From assembly GCA_047495785.1 (NCBI GenBank), contig JBLDXI010000054.1, positions 3,782,001-3,846,000 on the forward strand: 64,000 bases of DNA. Direction: 5' to 3'. This document shows, piece after piece, positions 1-12,380 of this stretch. The stretch is from Lepidodermella squamata. Its lineage: Eukaryota; Animalia; Gastrotricha. Both the position numbers and the translations under genes were made by a program. The notes beneath the pieces were generated by a model that was not told the DNA's origin, ran no database searches, and saw nothing but the letters and a program-made list of their open reading frames with translations. Each line of letters begins with the position of its first letter. Position 1 is the first letter of the stretch.

Positions 1-2736
1 CGGGACAGAATTCCAGTTATCATATGATATTCCGAATACATCTCCCTTCTGCAACTCGAGTCTATCAGAAACAAATAGGAAATTTAGAAAAATTCCGATG
101 ACTCTTAAAAAGAAATTACGGCGGAATGATGGCCGCCATTTGCCAAGTTTCGCTGTTGCCATCAGGTACAACGACCTTTGACGGAGTTCCACGCAACTCG
201 AACGAGTCATTTTGAGATCGAATAGGCATGAGAGCCGCTATGTAGAAACTTTTCTCCGTGATGCCTATCATCTTATTCCAAAATTTAACCGCCTTAACGC
301 GACCATTCCACGGCATTTTCATCCATGAAAAAACTTGCAGTAAGCTTGAAGTTTCGTTGAAAGTCCACTTTGCATCTTCCAAAAAGGGCGATAGCAAGCC
401 GGCGGGGCATACCCACGGAATCCATTGACAGGCGTCCGGCAAGTCGCTAGGAACCCATCGGCTACGTTCAGCCGTAACGTTCTGACATTTTGCTTCGAGA
501 GGTCCAGACATTGTTTTCACGAAGCCTCTATCACACGTGTAACGAACTGTATCGCCATCTCTGCTTAACCTTCCAGGGAAGGATTGATAGATAAGGTTAA
601 GATTCTGAGGCCGTGGTGGAGCACCGCAAGAAGCTGAATAAAATGACTTTTCTGGTCAAAGTAGCCAAGTCTATGGTTAGAAAACTTACGGATACATTTG
701 CTGATTTTGCTCCATTTCAAATCCGACTGACAGATAGATTTGTCTTCAGTTATCGTCACCAAATCAGGACGCGCAAAAATAAAGTTCGTTTGGCAGCTGT
801 ACGTCACAGAATCGCCGACAAATCCTATTCCGAGATCGTTTGGTTCGCGGATGATATCTGCGTTGGCGAACTCTTCTATCTCGCCACAAGACGCTATAAT
901 AATGGAAGGCGTGGAAAATTGCGAATTCGAAATCGAAAGCAAAGTTACGAAGGCATGGCGAAATTCTACTCCAGCTACCACCCGTGCAGGTCGATCGTAT
1001 GGTTGGACCGTTGAAGCGATATGTCTTATCGATACATTTGAATGGGATGCTTTCGCCCTCGAAGTACAAAAGCCTCTTCGTCGCGTTGGGATTCAGCAGT
1101 ACTGCATTCAGGAAGCTAGTTGGAACTGACTGGCAGGTCGCTGAGAAACCAAAGCATAGGAATTTAATTTTAATTGATTGAAATACACCTACCGACACAT
1201 TTAACCGGAGTCCAAGCCGAGCTCAAGCATTGGGAGACGGGCAATCCGGGTGGCTTCACGCCGTAACCTTCTGCACACTCATACGTCACATTGTCGCCTT
1301 CGACGGACATGTTTCTTGCAGGCATAGTGTTCGATACCTCGGTTGCGTACTCAAATACCAATTTTTCACCGCATGTGGCTGAGGTAGACGCAATAATAAT
1401 TTAGCGCGATTTCAAGGAAATTCTTACGTATGCATTCGGGAAGCCTAGACCATTGCCCATCCGTGCACGTTATGCTGGTCGTTGAATTGTCGGTGAACAT
1501 CGAGCCAGCTTGGCACCTGTAGTTGACCTTTGTACCTTGTGGATTGCCAATGGGCAACAAGCCGAAGCTAGCATCTGCTCTGGGAACGTTTGGTTTCGGG
1601 CAGCTTTCTTTAAATTTTGATAAAATGTAGGCTTTTTACTTTAAAAATGTCATCTTACTCCTGCAGACAGGTGCCGCCGTCCACTCAGGTCCCTTGTCAC
1701 CCAGCGAACAAATGACGTTGAGGTCATTCTCGATTAAAGTATGCTCAGGTAAACAATCGTATTCTGGTTAAGTTATAAGGCTTTTTAGCCTTTGAAAACG
1801 CAATACTGCATCCTTACTTACCTATGACATCGCCAACAAGGAAGGTCTGTTTTTTACCAACATAACGCTTTACGTTTACAGGAGATGGACGTCCTTGACA
1901 GGTTTGGGCGGCGTCTTTTATTGAATTAGCAGTAGAAACTGGTATCATAAATTGAAATGTTCTACTTACCTTCTAGTCCGATTGTTGCGTAAAGAGCAGG
2001 CACTCTTGGCTTTTCAAATTTCAGCTCCAGGCCTTGCCGGAATTCCGTCAACTCACGGGCATCCTGAGCCGATAATAACCCAACATATACTGGTAGACTT
2101 TTGTTCCCTGTGAAATTTGATGTAAACGAGATTGTCGTGTCTTCAAAAGGGATTGTCCAAAAGTGATAAAAATATCCAAAGACATGAGTTTTCTCCGTGC
2201 GAAACCTATAAAGAAGGCGTCATTATTCGAAAGATAAGAGTCGATATAATCAACTAACGGCTTTTTCCACGCTTTTTCCTGGTCCAGCTCAACTGTTTGC
2301 CAACCCTTAATGTTGCCATCTACTGAGACGTTGATGAAATTGATAAGGCGGAAAGATCCGAATCGGATAATGACTGGCTCGAAAATTGCAAAGTAGAACA
2401 TTTTTTGCTTGCCATCTGGGAAAGCGTTGATGAAGTGAACCGCTTTTACGGGCCCGCTGCACGGCGGCCGCATCCACGGAAACACATGAAGAGCGGTCGT
2501 ATATTCGGTGAAATTATCAGGGAAATATGGATCTCTTTTCATGAAGTCACCGCTATTGCAAGGCCCTGATCGTGAAATTTCTGGATATATACATTGCTGT
2601 TTTACATGAGAACTGTTTAACCTGGCACAGGGCCGAGATTGTCGTAGTCAGGTAAGGCAGAGACATTGAGGGCTGGTAACGAGAAACTTGCCAATATTGC
2701 AAAAATTAGGGCAGTATTTTCGAAACAAGGTAACAT
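1..2736 (-). CDS. Secreted multi-exon sushi/CCP-repeat protein with two copies of an unnamed ~130-aa domain; 3' end lies beyond the window
   Basis: Signal-peptide-like start MLPCFENTALIFAILASFSLPALNVSA (ATG 2736). Short exons with CCP motifs (GDNVTYECAEGY...CLSSAW, GTKVNYRCQAG...CTDGQWSRLPEC, GDSVTYSCQTNF...CQSDLKWSKISKC) separated by short GT-AG introns. Homologous domains in ORFs 2048-2542 and 116-520. Confidence 0.85.
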
Positions 2737-5700
2737 TTTGATAGCCACTTTTACCGTACCGGTCATAAGGTGGACTGACAATTTTTCAGTTCGATGCACG
2801 AAGCACGATGCGTTTTTTACCACCAGGATTCAAATTGCTTTGAATAGCGCCTTTCTCTGCGAGAATGAGCAGATGAATACGCAAATTTTTCTCATGTACA
2901 TACCGCGGTTGCTAGGTAATAGTTTTAAATCCGTCTGAGATGTCGCATGAAGACAATTTTTTGGAACTTTTTGACGCAACCGCGATTCAGAGCCGCAGTC
3001 TTTTATTGAAGTTAAAAGGCACGCCTGCATACTTCACTTTCGAAGTCAGGGCTGGTTTTACACGCCGGATATCGCAGGAATTTGTGAAGAGTTTCAGAGC
3101 TTCCGCTTGATCGATAGTCATGAATGTTACAATGAACGATAACAGATCTTCGAACGGCTCAAAGTTAACCGAATTGATACTAATGTGCTCAGTAAGGGAC
3201 CATTATTTGGCCCGATTTCAGCATCCAGGCCAGTCGACTACGTCCCTGTGTCTTAGAAAAAGATTCCTAATCCAAGTCAATTAATTTCCGATTCGATTCA
3301 ACTGCTGCTGTGAAAATGCACTTATTACATCACTAACTTGTTCCAGAAAGGTTCCAGATTAATTTCACTGCAGTGTGTTCCTCGGGTCTACAATTTCAGA
3401 CCCGATTTGACCCGTTCCGGGTGCAAGGCCAGGCGCATTTCCTGATTTTATTCTGATCTCAGGGAAGAAAATTCGGTTGAGTTCTTGGAGATATATTGAC
3501 CCAAACCTCGCATACATCATTGTACCTTCGATTTTTCCACTAAAATAGTAGTACTTTGACAGATAGCGATGGCTAAGTTCCTAGCTGCTCATTATCCAGA
3601 GCCACATTAGCCACAGTCGGTTCCGAGACTGGAACCCGGGTCCCACCCGGACACGACCGGATCTGGGGAGCTAACTCTATTCTGGATTCTGGGGCTATTA
3701 TTTTTGTTAAATCAATCGAATCTCCCTTCGATTTTTACACTAACTTGAATTGAATGAAAAAATTGAGCCAGCTACAGGTATTCCAGGTTCCAGGCAACTT
3801 ACACAACTTCAACATATTTGAATAATCGTGATCGTCAAGACAAAACCTGATGAGCGAACTAGGCTTTTTAGATCTTGTTATATTTTGCTTCGAGTATGGT
3901 CTTCTCAACGTCTTGGAACGTCGAACGGCCAAAACAATGCCTGTAATAATGAGACCACGCGCTTGATCGAAATAATACGCATGTTATACCATTTCCAAGG
4001 AACTTGGTGACCCTGCTAAGAAATTCGTTGCAAAAAAGGTCAATAAAACTTGCGGGTTGTGAATACATCCGCGAGGTGCGAAATAGTCGCGCGACTTGTA
4101 TAATATTATGCTTTACCTGTCACAGCGCGTATCACATTCTACTACTACTACCATAAGTTTGACATTTTTACATTCGTCAAGTGCGTTTGTTTGCACCAAA
4201 GATACGCACTTCTTTTAATATATGATAGTAGATCTCGCATCTTTAGCGCCAATTCACGAGATAATAATCGCCTTCACTCTTCACTAATTCTGACACGTGT
4301 TGAAAATTTATTCACGCTACGCCCATCAGTTGAATGCGCGTACGATTAATTATTTGTCGTATGTATACACATTGTATCAAAAGCAGGCAAAAGGACTGAG
4401 CTCTTCCCACAAGAATCGCCGTCACTAATTATCAATTCCTGTCAATAAAAACACGAACAAGGCGTGCCCAGTCGAGCGCAGCTGTTTCTCTCGCAATTTT
4501 TTTTACTAAACTATCTTCGCTGTTTACACCTGCACTGAGAGCCGTCGTGGCCGAAAAAACCCCAAGCGTAATTACGCTGTCTGTTTGTGATTTTTGTTGG
4601 GCTGTAGATATTATTACGATATTGCCCTTTTTCTGGTGTGTGATAAGAAATATTTTTGTAAGCATTGATTGGTATATATGGGGGCATCTCCCTTCTAGCT
4701 TTTTTATTATTATTACAAGGCTAAAGGTAGAAGTAGCATGATAATGCGAACGCAATCATATTAGTATGTAATATATCAGGAAAAATTGTGTGGCGCAGCA
4801 CTTTAAGATGTTATAATATTGCCCTGCAATCATTACTCGAGGCATATTTATGAGATGTATTCAAAGCACTCGCCGGGTATTTTCTTTACAGCCGGCCTTA
4901 TCTCATAAAATTGAACCCCACGTTCGGACCGTTTTTAGTCTTTTCGTTCAATGGCGTTGAAGGATGTTCCTCGTTTTGATTTTTGTTCGCTATTTATTTA
5001 TGATGATAGTATTAGTAGCCAGTGGTCAGCTGTTCATTGACCAGCGCGCATTCATTCTGTGATTTATGGTCAGCAATTAACGTGTCTCGCACTAAAAATC
5101 GCATCTCCAGGTTCTGAGAACGCCGCAAAATTGTGTTTATTTTTATAGCTGCGATTTTATTTACATTTCAGAAGTGTATTATGTTATTACTAAGAGCTAT
5201 GAACACCGGTAATAACGTTGTTTTTGTTTTCCGGATGTTGTGGTCACCTATAACCTATATAGCTGACCGGCGGAATCGCACGCCTCAAAAACACCTGCAT
5301 AATGATATGTGCAAGTATCAGCGACATCAGGCTAATATTCGGATTAATGTAGCGTTTTATTCTGTTTGCAGCCCGGCGGCGGTGGAATAATTCAACAACG
5401 CCTGTAACGCATATCACGAGCCTTACGTTTTTATTTGTTTAGCTAGTTACAGCAGGAGAGAAGATTGCTTTATTACGATACCTCGAAAAAACTGGATAAA
5501 AAACGTCACTTCGAGGCCCTTAATCATCTTTATCAAGGCTCGTTATATGCATTACAGCGGCTACAAAATACTTCGCCTGTTTGAGAAACAAATCTTTTTT
5601 TGTCTACTATAATATATAAGAATATATCAAGAATTAAGAAGTCGTAATAATTAACATAATTCTATTTACTGCTGTGTCATATATCGAGTGACAAACGCTG

Positions 5701-7151
5701 TCAACTCTCTCAAAAGACAAATATACTGCTGCTATTATGAGTCTCTAATTCGGCACGCGGCTTTATTTCGCGTGTCATCGCTTTGTTTTTGACAAATTCT
5801 TTTCACAGAAAATAACAACAGGCCACCTGAAGGATGATAGTTATTTTCTTACTGCAATTTACTACTGGCTTTTGTACTGCAGTACTTACCTGCGTCTTCC
5901 GCAATTTGTAGACTTGAGGCGTCGAATTTCGCCACTACTACTACTACTACTACTATACTGCTTAGATAGTACTAATAAATTATTCCACTATTGCCGCTAG
6001 ACAAAAATTTGTTACGATGTAACAAAATTAGACCAAGATGTAGTAATAAAATCTCTGCATATATTTTCTATATATATATATCGCCTCAAACCTGAGTGAT
6101 TCGGCATCGTTATTTTTCATGGCACGTGAGATTTTAATTTTTCGCCCCTTTTATAATGAAATCGTGCAATGCTTATTCGTTTTATTTATTATCGGTCGTG
6201 TGTTAACGATTTTTCTCACCTGATGGACCGTGTCGTAGCGTCGTGTGCACCTGTAAACAAATTCTTTAGCGCCGCTTTTTTTTCCTTCCGCTATAAATGT
6301 GCATTATCGAAGGTCAATCGATGCTTAAACGGCTATTTCTTATGCCGGTTGCCCTGGCGACACCACGATCTGTACTTTATTCGTAAATATTACGGCAAGA
6401 ATCGAGCTGTGACCGGGCGATGCGATCGCTCTCACTTCTTTCTTCGTTGTGGTCAGTTTCTCTGCCTTGTTATTTCATTATTTTGAACTGAACCGGCCAG
6501 AAATTGCGACTACTTGAATGTTAATGAAATTCCGGCCTCAATATATATTAAAACAATTTCTAACCATTTTACTCATTATAATACTGGAGAAATTGTGCAA
6601 ATATTCTTGCAACGTTTCTTGAACATGCAAATTATTTCTGGCTATTAGTAATAGGACGGAAAATATTTGCTCGGGAATTTTTTTCGTGCGGCAGCTCACG
6701 AGAAATTACCTGATTCTCTGCAATATTACCTAATAGTTTCCCAGCTACATTAATTTGAAGTTATTTTTTCCTAAAACTTGGTTCTGACCGGTGAAATTCA
6801 TTCACAATACCGAAATTTCGATAATAGTTTTCTGTAGGTATCCCTTTGGAATTATTTTTTCCTTTTAGTTTCCTTCGGATTGTAATCACTGTGACGATTT
6901 TCACGCGTGGGAAATGCTATAGTAGGATGCGGCCACACAGGAATTGATATAATCACAATATAAAAAATGGCGAAACGTATATTATTTCTCTCGATCCTCA
7001 ATTTGATTGGTAAAAAAACTGCAATATATTGCATTGTTTTGCAGCCCTGGCTTTCCCGGCTGTATCGATTGGGCGTAAACCCGTCGCTGCTCATTGATCA
7101 TTTTATCTGAAAATGTGTTTCTATTTAATAGAATCTCAATGTTAACAGAAG

Positions 7152-7946
7152 ATGAGGGCAGATGATAGAACAATTCGCCCTTTTTTAATATACATCCTTC
7201 TGCTGGTAATACCTGTCGCTATTACTGCAAATGACGGCGAAATCACAGGATCTGGCGATGCGCCTATGCCTCCGACCCGTCCCTTGGCCCACATCGACGA
7301 TGAGGAGGCGAAGCCATCCGACGCTGAGATGAAAGCTGACAAGTTATTAGCGGCGCCAAGTCCAGTTCACACGGAAGTCATTGGATCTGATGATGTGCCA
7401 GCGACTACACCGCCGAAGAATGACGCGTCTGAAGAGAATGACATTCAATTTTTCAGTCGACCGCAACCGGCAACTACCTCAACGACTACAACAACCGCTT
7501 CCACGACTACAACAACTACAACAACAACGACGACAACTACTACGACAACGACGAAGCCCTCGACAACCACCACGGTCACGCATCATCTAGTCGTAACTGC
7601 GGAAAGCGAGCCAGTTTTAGTGACTTCAAACTCGACCGGCGGTAATGAAACAGCCACTGCAAAGCCGCGAGTCGGGAATCAGTACCTCGACATCATCATC
7701 GCCATGAGCGCTTGTGCCGCAATTTTACTCGCCCTGATTATTTACTGGATTGTTACTCGGGCGATGAAGCGGCAATCGCGTAGCAAACGCGGCGGTGGGG
7801 CGAAATTTCTCGATCCGCGGCACGGCAAAAACCCGGCGTATGTGCCGGCCGATTTCGACCAGCTCATTCCTTACATCGACCAGGAATCAATGACACCGCC
7901 ATCTACACCACATCGGACATCGTTACTCGGACCTAGGAACGTTTAG
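7152..7946 (+). CDS. Single-pass type I mucin/proteoglycan-like membrane protein
   Basis: 264-aa intronless ORF: signal peptide, acidic Ser-Gly (EITGSGDA), poly-Thr stalk, TM helix (IIIAMSACAAILLALIIYWIV), basic stop-transfer segment, cytoplasmic NPAY. Confidence 0.85.
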   Translation: MRADDRTIRPFLIYILLLVIPVAITANDGEITGSGDAPMPPTRPLAHIDDEEAKPSDAEMKADKLLAAPSPVHTEVIGSDDVPATTPPKNDASEENDIQFFSRPQPATTSTTTTTASTTTTTTTTTTTTTTTTTKPSTTTTVTHHLVVTAESEPVLVTSNSTGGNETATAKPRVGNQYLDIIIAMSACAAILLALIIYWIVTRAMKRQSRSKRGGGAKFLDPRHGKNPAYVPADFDQLIPYIDQESMTPPSTPHRTSLLGPRNV

Positions 7947-8062
7947 TCCTCAAATATATACTTACATTTAGATGAAATGTTATATGTATATACATGTAAA
8001 CAGAGGCATAATAATACGTGTTTTATGATTTTCAATTTTTTTTGTTCGCTGCCAATCATTGA

Positions 8063-8147
8063 AGCGCCATCGATAAAGCAATAAAAAATGATGAATAGCC
8101 CGATATAAGTGATTTTAAGGTGGATGATTTGGTTTATCGATGGCGCT
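8063..8147. repeat. 15-bp perfect inverted repeat (AGCGCCATCGATAAA / TTTATCGATGGCGCT), 55-nt spacer
   Basis: Arms at 8063-8077 and 8133-8147 read directly. Confidence 0.75.
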
Positions 8148-8656
8148 GAAATTCTCGCTCGAGAGGCCGATATACCTGCTACCGGTTGACTTCATTATAG
8201 CAGCTTTTCGCTTCGCTGTCTAAAAAAATAAAACATTTTATAGCAGCTACTCCTCACAATCTCTTCTTCTGGGAGGACATGAATCTGTTGGAGGCCGACT
8301 TACCTGGAAATTTCTGCTTGTAAATATTGTAAATAGCGTCGATGAATGCGTGTTATCTCTGTGTTATTATTCTCTCACAAGAACCTCCTCAAAAACTCAA
8401 AACGTCAAATAACAGCAGCGAAATTTGAAATTTTTTGAAAAATAATAAAGATTGATAAAACTTGCTGATGATAGTGGCGGTCTTTTGACATATCTAATTC
8501 AGATGCCGCAACTATACGCCTTGGCAACTTTTCACTGACCGGCGCTGCTTGAATGGAGAAAATCTGGAAATTCAATACCCAGACTTGTGAGTATGCATAC
8601 ATATATGATGGTGGCAGCGTAAAATTTCCTTCTGCGTGGAGAATTTCGCATATAAT

Positions 8657-9319
8657 ATGGGATCGGGAAGTTCGAAAAAACAGCAGCAGAGCGAAAATTA
8701 TGATTACGATGAGAACGGAGACGGCGATGCAGAGAACCATGCCGGCGACAACAACAATGGCGAGTACTACAATCGCAACGGCAATAGCAATTATTATACT
8801 AATAATAACAATAGACAAATGCAACGACCTGGTCCTTATTACCAAAATCATCCGTCGCAGCAGCAGCAACAGCCGCGATATGGCCCGGCAGGTTACCAGC
8901 GCGATGTTGGACGCCCGCCTCCGAACGCCGCCGGTCATGTTGGCGCCGATATCAACGTGGGACAGCGCGTGCACATGAATGAGATGCCGTTCGATGATCT
9001 TGAAGCTAAGGTGTCATGGAGCGACATGGATGACCCAGAAATGCGATCGGCGGCGATATACGCGTGCCAGGAAGCCTACACATCGTACAACATCGACGAG
9101 GATAGGTGAGGAAGATTATTCGAATTTTTTTCTTTAATTGCTCTGCTTTTCAGGGCTATTCATGTCAAGTCGAATTTTCAAAATTGGTTTAACGTAGGCG
9201 CATGGCACTGTATCTGCGGAAGTTTGTACGGCAGCCGCGTGACACACGACCGGGGCCACTTTATCAACATTCAGATACGGGACAAGAGTTTTATCCTGTG
9301 TAAATGCGGAACTGTGTGA
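8657..9319 (+). CDS. Dynein light chain LC8-domain protein with N-terminal low-complexity N/Q/Y/G extension (2 exons)
   Basis: Exon 8657-9105, 48-nt GT-AG intron 9106-9153, exon 9154-9319. Spliced C-terminus SDMDDPEMRSAAIYACQEAYTSYNIDEDRAIHVKSNF...WHCICGSLYGSRVTHDRGHFI...LCKCG matches the LC8 pattern (DM..EM, WHCIVG..FGS.VTH...HFI, LFKSG). Confidence 0.85.
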
Positions 9320-9781
9320 CATCCTATGACGTAAATCGATGAAAAGCGCTATACATCAGGTTTATCTTGACCTGTAATCATTTTTTTTCATCGGCAGCCT
9401 CCGCTCAGTCATATGCCGTGCCCAGGTTACGGCTCTTCCGCTCATCACCCAGATATGTTTGCTTTGTCGTAAAAAAATCACTCGTATAATACGTTGACAT
9501 AAAATAATGCAATAGTGCAATAAAACCCATTAAATAGGCTTTGATTGCCTGACTTTTCCGTTCATGCGTGTCCGAATATAAATAAACGTGAAGTAGGACG
9601 GTGAATCCTGGATAAGTTCCATCTTTATTTTTACCAGTAAAGCGTGTCGATAAAATTTCAACTAATATGAGAATAATTAGTTAAACTCACGAATACAAAA
9701 ATTATTGAAACTACACCGGGTTATAAAATAAGATTACTCTCTACGAGATAAATAAACAAAAAATAAGTTTTAAACATGAAT

Positions 9782-10243
9782 TTAATTTTGCTGATCACTG
9801 CCGCCAGGAAGGGCTGTCTCCGTCGGTTGCAGTTGTTGTTGCTGAGACAGCAGTGAGTTGAGTTGCTCGTGGACAGCCAAATCAATGAAAGATGACAGGT
9901 TCAAGGTGACGGCTATCAGGGCCACGCTAAGTCCGAAAAGAATAGCCGTGAACAGCAGTATAACTCGAATGGCAACTTTCGAGGCGCGACTGGCTTCCTT
10001 TTTGCTCACAGATTCGAGGGCATCTGATGTGTGACGGTGCCCGAAATGGGCATGTCTGTGGTGCGATTTCTTATGCAGGAGTCGCTGTTCTTCTTGCGCT
10101 TTAATCAGCGCACTTTCAACGTCGGCGATCAACTGGGCTTGACTGTCGTCGGCGCTCGGCTTCGATGAAACCGGAGCTGCTGGTACGTCGATGAAAACGG
10201 CAGGATTCTCCACACAGTCGTCTTTCGTTTCGGGTGAAGCCAT
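9782..10243 (-). CDS. Uncharacterised small single-pass membrane protein
   Basis: 153-aa ATG ORF with one TM segment (VAIRVILLFTAILFGLSVALIAVTL), His-rich patch, AG acceptor just upstream of the ATG and AATAAA downstream. Confidence 0.75.
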   Translation of the reverse strand: MASPETKDDCVENPAVFIDVPAAPVSSKPSADDSQAQLIADVESALIKAQEEQRLLHKKSHHRHAHFGHRHTSDALESVSKKEASRASKVAIRVILLFTAILFGLSVALIAVTLNLSSFIDLAVHEQLNSLLSQQQQLQPTETALPGGSDQQN

Positions 10244-11543
10244 CGTAATTTTGCTAAAAATAAAAATCCGCCCTAAAAATTATAATTTGGTTACAAAAGG
10301 CTGAATTTGGTAAATTAGGTTAGGACTGCGTAATTTTTATAACGAAGTTAGGTGCGTCAAACTTTTTTTAATAAAAACGCACTGTAAGAGAAGGTGAATT
10401 ATACGAGTGAAGATTAATACACAAGGGGGCATCCGGCGATTTTTTAAATTTCTTGGAGCACGCGCAATGCGAATATTGAAGCGCAACATCATTTCCTGCT
10501 TCCGATTTTCTATGCAAAAAACTACGAGCTGTACCATGAAGTTTACGCGATGCGTTTTAAAAAACTGCAGTCTTATTTGGGATAAGTCTTGTTAATTCCT
10601 ACTTCTGTCAGCATTTAAAGCAATAAATCAATGTAAGCTAGAAAAAAATTGCCACGATAAAATTTTATTCAGTGCTATTTTGCCACTCAAATAAGCGCGA
10701 TTTTAGCGGAGTAATCGCCACCTCTTGCATATCCAGAATAGGAAAAGTTCGACGAGCCCTGGGTCTTGAAGAAAAAACCCGCAAAGTGTGGCAAGCCAGA
10801 AGAGTGTAATTGAGGTGAATCGTAGCGTAATTGCCTAATAATACAATGTGCTCTCATGCGTGCCGTTTTGATTTCCGCCATATAACAAAGGTGCGCGCGA
10901 CACACAACAGGATGATTGCTCATAAATCGCAGTAATCTCGTTGACGCCGTTGCGGCGGATCAATAAGCCGCCACGAGCAATACCTGATGAATACGATTTA
11001 CTGAATCCATATACTCACTCCTCCATGACCACGTTTTCCAATATTTAGTTAAAAAATAACGAAAGCAACCTTTCTCTCAAATGTTTTATTCATTATTTTA
11101 TACACAGAGCTTCGTGGAAACAGTCCATGATTTTTTGTAGTCAAGTCACAACCCGAATTTCAATTTATTTTTCAAATTGGAAACCTCAAAAACGGCGACA
11201 CTCGTCTTTCTGGAAGTCGAAAAAACTGTCACAACCAGTTCATGCAAAGTCATTATTTGAAAGAATTATTTCACTAGATCGAGCAAAATTGATTAATCGA
11301 TGGTGTTGAAGTAAAAATTGGTGTAGAATTTCGCATAAAATCCCAAGAGACACAGCAGCAAATCTAGCTACCAAGTAGTAATAAAATGAAACACAAAACG
11401 GCTTGCACAAAAATCTGAGAAACTTCATTTGCACAACAGAAACAGACTTTCTAAACATAAAAAATCGAAGAGATGGAACGTAAGAAGTAAATAATTAAAA
11501 AGGAGCTATTTTTTCATTTCCCAACTGCTGTATAAAGACAGGT

Positions 11544-12122
11544 TCAAAGTTGCGTTTCGACACAAGACGCGAAAAGCGCTTGAATGTAGTGCTTTTTCAG
11601 TGATTCTGTACTGATTTCGGCGAACCAAACCGAACTGCAAGCATTTGTGATGAGATGTTGTTTATGGAATGATGCCGACGTGACCATCATTTCACCGTCA
11701 TAGGTACTGTGGCCAGATATGAAATTGTAGTTGATCGACTTGGCGTGTTTCACCTGGACAGCGCGCATAGCCCAGTTGAGCTTGTCCAGCGTGATGAATT
11801 TGCGCTTTTTGCGCCGCGATTCAACAATTCGCCGCGCTACATCGGCCACGTGAGAGAACTTGCGGCCCAAATCGCAGCGAACCGGAACATATACCGAGAC
11901 CTGGAACTGCGAATCTGTTGTATCGCAACAGGCGATCATGAGGGTGAGGATATCCGCGAACCTAATAGAGAGGAACAATTTAATAATTTCCGAAAATTGG
12001 CGGAAAATCCGACTCCGCCCTGATCCTTTCATATTCAATGAAATGAACCAGGTCATTGGGTGGCTTGAAGAGTCGAGAAGGGGATCAGAAACTTTAAAAT
12101 GAGAGGCGACGTCATATCTCAT
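11544..12122 (-). CDS. Highly divergent histone H4-like / histone-fold protein
   Basis: 192-aa ORF. SIRFADILTL...SVYVPVRCDLGRKFSHVADVARRIVESRRKKRKFITLDKLNWAMR aligns by eye with H4 GITKPAIRRL...[43 protein letters not shown], keeping the spacing of Y, R, L, V, A, E, KRK, T and A. Confidence 0.5.
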   Translation of the reverse strand: MRYDVASHFKVSDPLLDSSSHPMTWFISLNMKGSGRSRIFRQFSEIIKLFLSIRFADILTLMIACCDTTDSQFQVSVYVPVRCDLGRKFSHVADVARRIVESRRKKRKFITLDKLNWAMRAVQVKHAKSINYNFISGHSTYDGEMMVTSASFHKQHLITNACSSVWFAEISTESLKKHYIQALFASCVETQL

Positions 12123-12380
12123 GGCCAGGAAAATCTTGGGAAAATTGAAAATGCCATGAGATTATTTCATCTAATATTTTATTTGACTACGGGATAAAAA
12201 AAATCCGTAGAAATATGGTCCAGCCCGGTAAAATACCAAAAATTACCGAATCAATTACCATCGGTGTTTTCCGGGTTTTCTCCGGAAAATTTTCGATTTC
12301 TTAGTGAAATCGCGGATAAAAGATGGAAGATTCTCCCGTGTAATTTCAACAATTTCCACCAAAAAAATGCAAAATTTTTG

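Noticed and set aside
3560-3695. Possible tRNA-derived SINE on the minus strand (B-box-like GGTTCCAGTC)
   Set aside because: No cloverleaf, clear A box, tail or TSD; single copy in the window.
4432-6486. Several short ORFs in the AT-rich 3-7 kb region
   Set aside because: No motifs or consistent exon chain; likely intergenic or UTR-intron sequence.
8088-8149. Box C (ATGATGA) and box D (CTGA) suggesting a snoRNA
   Set aside because: No terminal stem or recognisable guide; better explained by the overlapping inverted repeat.
11499-12196. Plus-strand frame interrupted only by TGA codons, suggesting Sec or TGA=Trp recoding
   Set aside because: It is mostly the exact antisense register of the minus-strand H4-like ORF (TCA Ser codons read as TGA); other genes here use TGA as stop.
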